Below, in pieces: positions 55,501-64,000 of a stretch of 64,000 nt of DNA. A program made the position numbers and the translations under genes. This DNA comes from Gordius albopunctatus (taxonomy: Eukaryota): positions 8,432,001 to 8,496,000 of the forward strand of contig OZ193910.1 of the NCBI GenBank assembly GCA_964276515.1, in the 5' to 3' direction. The stretch's first letter is position 1. Each line of letters opens with the position of its first letter. Below the pieces are notes generated by a model. The model searched no databases, was not told the origin of the DNA, and worked only from the letters and a program-made list of their open reading frames with translations.

Positions 55501-57949
55501 CAGACGTGATTTCCATGATAAAAAGTTAAAATTTATCAGAATTAGAGAACCATTACTTTTAAATCATCATCGCATAGAGCATGTTTCAAAAATTAAGCAC
55601 TAACGTTGCGATACAACTAACTAATCGCAACAATATAACGTTGTCTTTTCTCAAAATGATTGTTCTCGCAGCTTAAAACTTCTTATAAGGAGTCGATCGA
55701 GATTAATAGGATTCTCAAATGAGCTTACTTTTATATATTTTTTCAAGCTCTTTTACATAAAATAACAAAATATATAGTTTTTCAGGTTAAAATAATTCAC
55801 AATTTTTTCCTTTCGGCCATATTCAACCGATGAAAGTTGTTATTTTCAGACGTGATTTCCATGATAAAAAGTTAAAATTTATCAGAATTAGAGAACCATT
55901 ACTTTTAAATCATCATCGCATAGAGCATGTTTCAAAAATTAAGCACTAACGTTGCGATACAACTAACTAATCGCAACAATATAACGTTGTATTTTCTCAA
56001 AATGATTGTTCTCGCAGCTTAAAACTTCTTATAAGGAGTCGATCGAGATTAATAGGATTCTCAAATGATCTTACTTTTATATATTTTTTCAAGCTCTTTT
56101 ACATAAAATAACAAAAAATATATTTTTTCAGGTTATAATAATTCACAATTTTTTCCTTTCAACCATATTCAACCGATGAAAGTTGTTATTTTCAGACGTG
56201 ATTTCCATGATAAAAAGTTAAAATTTATCAGAATTAGAGAACTATTACTTTTAAATCATCATCGCATAGAGCATGTTTCAAAAATTAAGCACTCACGTTG
56301 CGATACAACAAACTAATCGCAACAAGATAACGTTGTCTTTTCGCAAAATGATAGTTCTCGCAGCTTGAAACATCTTATAAGGAGTCGATCGAGATTAATA
56401 GGATTCTCAAATGAGCTTACTTTTATATATTTTTTCAAGCTCTTTTACATAAAATAACAAAATATATAGTTTTTCAGGTTAAAATAATTCACAATTTTTT
56501 CCTTTCGGCCATATTCAACCGATGAAAGTTGTTATTTTCAGACGTGATTTCCATGATAAAAAGTCAAAATTTATCAGAATTAGAGAACCATTACTTTTAA
56601 ATCATCATCGCATAGAGCATGTTTCAAAAATTAAGCACTCACGTTGCGATACAACAAACTAATCGCAACAAGATAACGTTGTCTTTTCGCAAAATGATAG
56701 TTCTCGCAGCTTGAAACATCTTATAAGGAGTCGATCGAGATTAATAGGATTCTCAAATGAGCTTACTTTTATATATTTTTTCAAGCTCTTTTACATAAAA
56801 TAACAAAATATATAGTTTTTCAGGTTAAAATAATTCACAATTTTTTCCTTTCGGCCATATTCAACCGATGAAAGTTGTTATTTTCAGACGTGATTTCCAT
56901 GATAAAAAGTCAAAATTTATCAGAATTAGAGAACCATTACTTTTAAATCATCATCGCATAGAGCATGTTTCAAAAATTAAGCACTAACGTTGCGATACAA
57001 CTAACTAATCGCAACAATATAACGTTGTATTTTCTCAAAATGATTGTTCTCGCAGCTTAAAACTTCTTATAAGGAGTCGATCGAGATTAATAGGATTCTC
57101 AAATGAGCTTACTTTTATATATTTTTTCAAGCTCTTTTACATAAAATAACAAAATATATAGTTTTTCAGGTTAAAATAATTCACAATTTTTTCCTTTCGG
57201 CCATATTCAACCGATGAAAGTTGTTATTTTCAGACGTGATTTCCATGATAAAAAGTTAAAATTTATCAGAATTAGAGAACCATTACTTTTAAATCATCAT
57301 CGCATAGAGCATGTTTCAAAAATTAAGCACTAACGTTGCGATACAACTAACTAATCGCAACAATATAACGTTGTATTTTCTCAAAATGATTGTTCTCGCA
57401 GCTTAAAACTTCTTATAAGGAGTCGATCGAGATTAATAGGATTCTCAAATGATCTTACTTTTATATATTTTTTCAAGCTCTTTTACATAAAATAACAAAA
57501 AATATATTTTTTCAGGTTATAATAATTCACAATTTTTTCCTTTCAACCATATTCAACCGATGAAAGTTGTTATTTTCAGACGTGATTTCCATGATAAAAA
57601 GTTAAAATTTATCAGAATTAGAGAACCATTACTTTTAAATCATCATCGCATAGAGCATGTTTCAAAAATTAAGCACTAACGTTGCGATACAACTAACTAA
57701 TCGCAACAATATAACGTTGTATTTTCTCAAAATGATTGTTCTCGCAGCTTAAAACTTCTTATAAGGAGTCGATCGAGATTAATAGGATTCTCAAATGAGC
57801 TTACTTTTATATATTTTTTCAAGCTCTTTTACATAAAATAACAAAATATATAGTTTTTCAGGTTAAAATAATTCACAATTTTTTCCTTTCGGCCATATTC
57901 AACCGATGAAAGTTGTTATTTTCAGACGTGATTTCCATGATAAAAAGTC

Positions 57950-60900
57950 AAAATTTATCAGAATTAGAGAACCATTACTTTTAAATCATCATCGCATAGA
58001 GCATGTTTCAAAAATTAATCACTAACGTTGCGATACAACTAACTAATCGCAACAATATAACGTTGTATTTTCTCAAAATGATTGTTCTCGCAGCTTAAAA
58101 CTTCTTATAAGGAGTCGATCGAGATTAATAGGATTCTCAAATGAGCTTACTTTTATATAACAAAATATATAGTTTTTCAGGTTAAAATAATTCACAATTT
58201 TTTCCTTTCGGCCATATTCAACCGATGAAAGTTGTTATTTTCAGACGTGATTTCCATGATAAAAAGTTAAAATTTATCAGAATTAGAGAACCATTACTTT
58301 TAAATCATCATCGCATAGAGCATGTTTCAAAAATTAAGCACTAACGTTGCGATACAACTAACTAATCGCAACAATATAACGTTGTATTTTCTCAAAATGA
58401 TTGTTCTCGCAGCTTAAAACTTCTTATAAGGAGTCGATCGAGATTAATAGGATTCTCAAATGATCTTACTTTTATATATTTTTTCAAGCTCTTTTACATA
58501 AAATAACAAAAATATATTTTTTCAGGTTATAATAATTCACAATTTTTTCCTTTCAACCATATTCAACCGATGAAAGTTGTTATTTTCAGACGTGATTTCC
58601 ATGATAAAAAGTTAAAATTTATCAGAATTAGAGAACTATTACTTTTAAATCATCATCGCATAGAGCATGTTTCAAAAATTAAGCACTCACGTTGCGATAC
58701 AACAAACTAATCGCAACAAGATAACGTTGTCTTTTCGCAAAATGATAGTTCTCGCAGCTTGAAACATCTTATAAGGAGTCGATCGAGATTAATAGGATTC
58801 TCAAATGAGCTTACTTTTATATATTTTTTCAAGCTCTTTTACATAAAATAACAAAATATATAGTTTTTCAGGTTAAAATAATTCACAATTTTTTCCTTTC
58901 GGCCATATTCAACCGATGAAAGTTGTTATTTTCAGACGTGATTTCCATGATAAAAAGTCAAAATTTATCAGAATTAGAGAACCATTACTTTTAAATCATC
59001 ATCGCATAGAGCATGTTTCAAAAATTAAGCACTCACGTTGCGATACAACAAACTAATCGCAACAAGATAACGTTGTCTTTTCGCAAAATGATAGTTCTCG
59101 CAGCTTGAAACATCTTATAAGGAGTCGATCGAGATTAATAGGATTCTCAAATGAGCTTACTTTTATATATTTTTTCAAGCTCTTTTACATAAAATAACAA
59201 AATATATAGTTTTTCAGGTTAAAATACTTCACAATTTTTTCCTTTCGGCCATATTCAACCGATGAAAGTTGTTATTTTCAGACGTGATTTCCATGATAAA
59301 AAGTCAAAATTTATCAGAATTAGAGAACCATTACTTTTAAATCATCATCGCATAGAGCATGTTTCAAAAATTAAGCACTAACGTTGCGATACAACTAACT
59401 AATCGCAACAATATAACGTTGTATTTTCTCAAAATGATTGTTCTCGCAGCTTAAAACTTCTTATAAGGAGTCGATCGAGATTAATAGGATTCTCAAATGA
59501 GCTTACTTTTATATATTTTTTCAAGCTCTTTTACATAAAATAACAAAATATATAGTTTTTCAGGTTAAAATAATTCACAATTTTTTCCTTTCGGCCATAT
59601 TCAACCGATGAAAGTTGTTATTTTCAGACGTGATTTCCATGATAAAAAGTCAAAATTTATCAGAATTAGATAACCATTACTTTTAAATCATCATCGCATA
59701 GAGCATGTTTCAAAAATTAAGCACTAACGTTGCGATACAACTAACTAATCGCAACAATATAACGTTGTATTTTCTCAAAATGATTGTTCTCGCAGCTTAA
59801 AACTTCTTATAAGGAGTCGATCGAGATTAATAGGATTCTCAAATGATCTTACTTTTATATATTTTTTCAAGCTCTTTTACATAAAATAACAAAAAATATA
59901 TTTTTTCAGGTTATAATAATTCACAATTTTTTCCTTTCAACCATATTCAACCGATGAAAGTTGTTATTTTCAGACGTGATTTCCATGATAAAAAGTTAAA
60001 ATTTATCAGAATTAGAGAACCATTACTTTTAAATCATCATCGCATAGAGCATGTTTCAAAAATTAAGCACTAACGTTGCGATACAACTAACTAATCGCAA
60101 CAATATAACGTTGTATTTTCTCAAAATGATTGTTCTCGCAGCTTAAAACTTCTTATAAGGAGTCGATCGAGATTAATAGGATTCTCAAATGAGCTTACTT
60201 TTATATATTTTTTCAAGCTCTTTTACATAAAATAACAAAATATATAGTTTTTCAGGTTAAAATAATTCACAATTTTTTCCTTTCGGCCATATTCAACCGA
60301 TGAAAGTTGTTATTTTCAGACGTGATTTCCATGATAAAAAGTCAAAATTTATCAGAATTAGAGAACCATTACTTTTAAATCATCATCGCATAGAGCATGT
60401 TTCAAAAATTAAGCACTAACGTTGCGATACAACAAACTAATCGCAACAATATAACGTTGTCTTTTCTAAAAATGATTGTTCTCGCAGCTTAAAACTTCTT
60501 ATAAGGAGTCGATCGAGATTAATAGGATTCTCAAATGAGCTTACTTTTATATATTTTTTCAAGCTCTTTTACATAAAATAACAAAATATATAGTTTTTCA
60601 GGTTAAAATAATTCACAATTTTTTCCTTTCGGCCATATTCAACCGATGAAAGTTGTTATTTTCAGACGTGATTTCCATGATAAAAAGTTAAAATTTATCA
60701 GAATTAGAGAACTATTACTTTTAAATCATCATCGCATAGAGCATGTTTCAAAAATTAAGCACTAACGTTGCGATACAACAAACTAATCGCAACAATATAA
60801 CGTTGTCTTTTCTAAAAATGATTGTTCTCGCAGCTTAAAACTTCTTATAAGGAGTCGATCGAGATTAATAGGATTCTCAAATGAGCTTACTTTTATATAT

Positions 60901-63849
60901 TTTTTCAAGCTCTTTTACATAAAATAACAAAAAATATATTTTTTCAGGTTATAATAATTCACAATTTTTTCCTTTCAACCATATTCAACCGATGAAAGTT
61001 GTTATTTTCAGACGTGATTTCCATGATAAAAAGTTAAAATTTATCAGAATTAGAGAACCATTACTTTTAAATCATCATCGCATAGAGCATGTTTCAAAAA
61101 TTAATCACTAACGTTGCGATACAACTAACTAATCGCAACAATATAACGTTGTATTTTCTCAAAATGATTGTTCTCGCAGCTTAAAACTTCTTATAAGGAG
61201 TCGATCGAGATTAATAGGATTCTCAAATGAGCTTACTTTTATATAACAAAATATATAGTTTTTCAGGTTAAAATAATTCACAATTTTTTCCTTTCGGCCA
61301 TATTCAACCGATGAAAGTTGTTATTTTCAGACGTGATTTCCATGATAAAAAGTTAAAATTTATCAGAATTAGAGAACCATTACTTTTAAATCATCATCGC
61401 ATAGAGCATGTTTCAAAAATTAAGCACTAACGTTGCGATACAACTAACTAATCGCAACAATATAACGTTGTATTTTCTCAAAATGATTGTTCTCGCAGCT
61501 TAAAACTTCTTATAAGGAGTCGATCGAGATTAATAGGATTCTCAAATGATCTTACTTTTATATATTTTTTCAAGCTCTTTTACATAAAATAACAAAAATA
61601 TATTTTTTCAGGTTATAATAATTCACAATTTTTTCCTTTCAACCATATTCAACCGATGAAAGTTGTTATTTTCAGACGTGATTTCCATGATAAAAAGTTA
61701 AAATTTATCAGAATTAGAGAACTATTACTTTTAAATCATCATCGCATAGAGCATGTTTCAAAAATTAAGCACTCACGTTGCGATACAACAAACTAATCGC
61801 AACAAGATAACGTTGTCTTTTCGCAAAATGATAGTTCTCGCAGCTTGAAACATCTTATAAGGAGTCGATCGAGATTAATAGGATTCTCAAATGAGCTTAC
61901 TTTTATATATTTTTTCAAGCTCTTTTACATAAAATAACAAAATATATAGTTTTTCAGGTTAAAATAATTCACAATTTTTTCCTTTCGGCCATATTCAACC
62001 GATGAAAGTTGTTATTTTCAGACGTGATTTCCATGATAAAAAGTCAAAATTTATCAGAATTAGAGAACCATTACTTTTAAATCATCATCGCATAGAGCAT
62101 GTTTCAAAAATTAAGCACTCACGTTGCGATACAACAAACTAATCGCAACAAGATAACGTTGTCTTTTCGCAAAATGATAGTTCTCGCAGCTTGAAACATC
62201 TTATAAGGAGTCGATCGAGATTAATAGGATTCTCAAATGAGCTTACTTTTATATATTTTTTCAAGCTCTTTTACATAAAATAACAAAATATATAGTTTTT
62301 CAGGTTAAAATACTTCACAATTTTTTCCTTTCGGCCATATTCAACCGATGAAAGTTGTTATTTTCAGACGTGATTTCCATGATAAAAAGTCAAAATTTAT
62401 CAGAATTAGAGAACCATTACTTTTAAATCATCATCGCATAGAGCATGTTTCAAAAATTAAGCACTAACGTTGCGATACAACTAACTAATCGCAACAATAT
62501 AACGTTGTATTTTCTCAAAATGATTGTTCTCGCAGCTTAAAACTTCTTATAAGGAGTCGATCGAGATTAATAGGATTCTCAAATGAGCTTACTTTTATAT
62601 ATTTTTTCAAGCTCTTTTACATAAAATAACAAAATATATAGTTTTTCAGGTTAAAATAATTCACAATTTTTTCCTTTCGGCCATATTCAACCGATGAAAG
62701 TTGTTATTTTCAGACGTGATTTCCATGATAAAAAGTCAAAATTTATCAGAATTAGATAACCATTACTTTTAAATCATCATCGCATAGAGCATGTTTCAAA
62801 AATTAAGCACTAACGTTGCGATACAACTAACTAATCGCAACAATATAACGTTGTATTTTCTCAAAATGATTGTTCTCGCAGCTTAAAACTTCTTATAAGG
62901 AGTCGATCGAGATTAATAGGATTCTCAAATGATCTTACTTTTATATATTTTTTCAAGCTCTTTTACATAAAATAACAAAAAATATATTTTTTCAGGTTAT
63001 AATAATTCACAATTTTTTCCTTTCAACCATATTCAACCGATGAAAGTTGTTATTTTCAGACGTGATTTCCATGATAAAAAGTTAAAATTTATCAGAATTA
63101 GAGAACCATTACTTTTAAATCATCATCGCATAGAGCATGTTTCAAAAATTAAGCACTAACGTTGCGATACAACTAACTAATCGCAACAATATAACGTTGT
63201 ATTTTCTCAAAATGATTGTTCTCGCAGCTTAAAACTTCTTATAAGGAGTCGATCGAGATTAATAGGATTCTCAAATGAGCTTACTTTTATATATTTTTTC
63301 AAGCTCTTTTACATAAAATAACAAAATATATAGTTTTTCAGGTTAAAATAATTCACAATTTTTTCCTTTCGGCCATATTCAACCGATGAAAGTTGTTATT
63401 TTCAGACGTGATTTCCATGATAAAAAGTCAAAATTTATCAGAATTAGAGAACCATTACTTTTAAATCATCATCGCATAGAGCATGTTTCAAAAATTAAGC
63501 ACTAACGTTGCGATACAACAAACTAATCGCAACAATATAACGTTGTCTTTTCTAAAAATGATTGTTCTCGCAGCTTAAAACTTCTTATAAGGAGTCGATC
63601 GAGATTAATAGGATTCTCAAATGAGCTTACTTTTATATATTTTTTCAAGCTCTTTTACATAAAATAACAAAATATATAGTTTTTCAGGTTAAAATAATTC
63701 ACAATTTTTTCCTTTCGGCCATATTCAACCGATGAAAGTTGTTATTTTCAGACGTGATTTCCATGATAAAAAGTTAAAATTTATCAGAATTAGAGAACTA
63801 TTACTTTTAAATCATCATCGCATAGAGCATGTTTCAAAAATTAAGCACT
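57950..63849 (+). repeat. Tandem duplication of a 9-monomer unit (3086 bp) carrying a 27-bp-deleted monomer
   Basis: Markers recur at +3086: ATTAATCACT variant 58019/61105, deletion junction 58157/61243, TACTTCAC 59225/62311, AGATAACC variant 59671/62757. Confidence 0.9.
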
Positions 63850-64000
63850 CACGTTCCGATACAACAAACTAATCGCAACAAGATAACGTTGTCTTTTCGC
63901 AAAATGATAGTTCTCGCAGCTTGAAACATCTTATAAGGAGTCGATCGAGATTAATAGGATTCTCAAATCAGCTTACTTTTATATATTTTTTCAAGCTCTT

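Larger units (their letters stand above)
1..64000. repeat. Tandem satellite DNA array, ~345 bp monomer, ~185-186 head-to-tail copies, open at both ends
   Basis: The CAGG(T/A)TAAAATAATTCAC motif recurs at 9, 354, 700, 1045 and 1390 (period 345-346) and continues to the window end. There is no unique intervening sequence and no strand inversion. Confidence 0.99.

Noticed and set aside
1..64000. CRISPR array or other repeat-spacer system (palindromic repeat plus variable segment)
   Set aside because: The variable parts are only a few recurring haplotypes rather than unique spacers, the unit is 345 bp, and there are no cas or other genes.
1..64000. Tandem RNA gene array (5S rRNA, tRNA, snRNA or spliced leader)
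   Set aside because: I found no recognisable RNA gene sequence or convincing Pol III A/B/C boxes. Frequent T-runs on both strands would terminate Pol III. An Rfam/Infernal search would settle this.
1..64000. Hidden transposon insertion, inversion or unique island
   Set aside because: Reading through the window, I found only monomer sequence in a single orientation. The largest disruptions are the two 27-bp deletions.

Overview
The whole 64 kb window is one uninterrupted, head-to-tail, AT-rich tandem satellite array. The monomer is about 345 bp, there are roughly 185-186 copies, and monomer 1 is about 29% GC by hand count. All copies are in the same orientation and the array runs off both ends of the window. 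I see no credible genes, RNA genes, CRISPR arrays or transposon insertions; the three supplied ORFs are by-products of the repeat. The sequence looks like eukaryotic (peri)centromeric or heterochromatic satellite DNA, but I cannot assign the family or organism from sequence alone. The interesting content is architectural: (i) each monomer carries a perfect 8-bp-stem hairpin with a hypervariable loop, apparently nested between degenerate long inverted arms; (ii) a two-state (A/B) variable cassette, with A/B recombinants; (iii) nested tandem duplications of 5, 7, 9 and 10 monomers that look like nascent higher-order repeats; (iv) a near-identical 5.15 kb block repeated 20,660 bp away, within a larger 21-29 kb macro-repeat; (v) private mutations, including a 27-bp microhomology deletion, that allow the duplication events to be ordered in time. 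All offsets and counts were made by eye and should be confirmed computationally.
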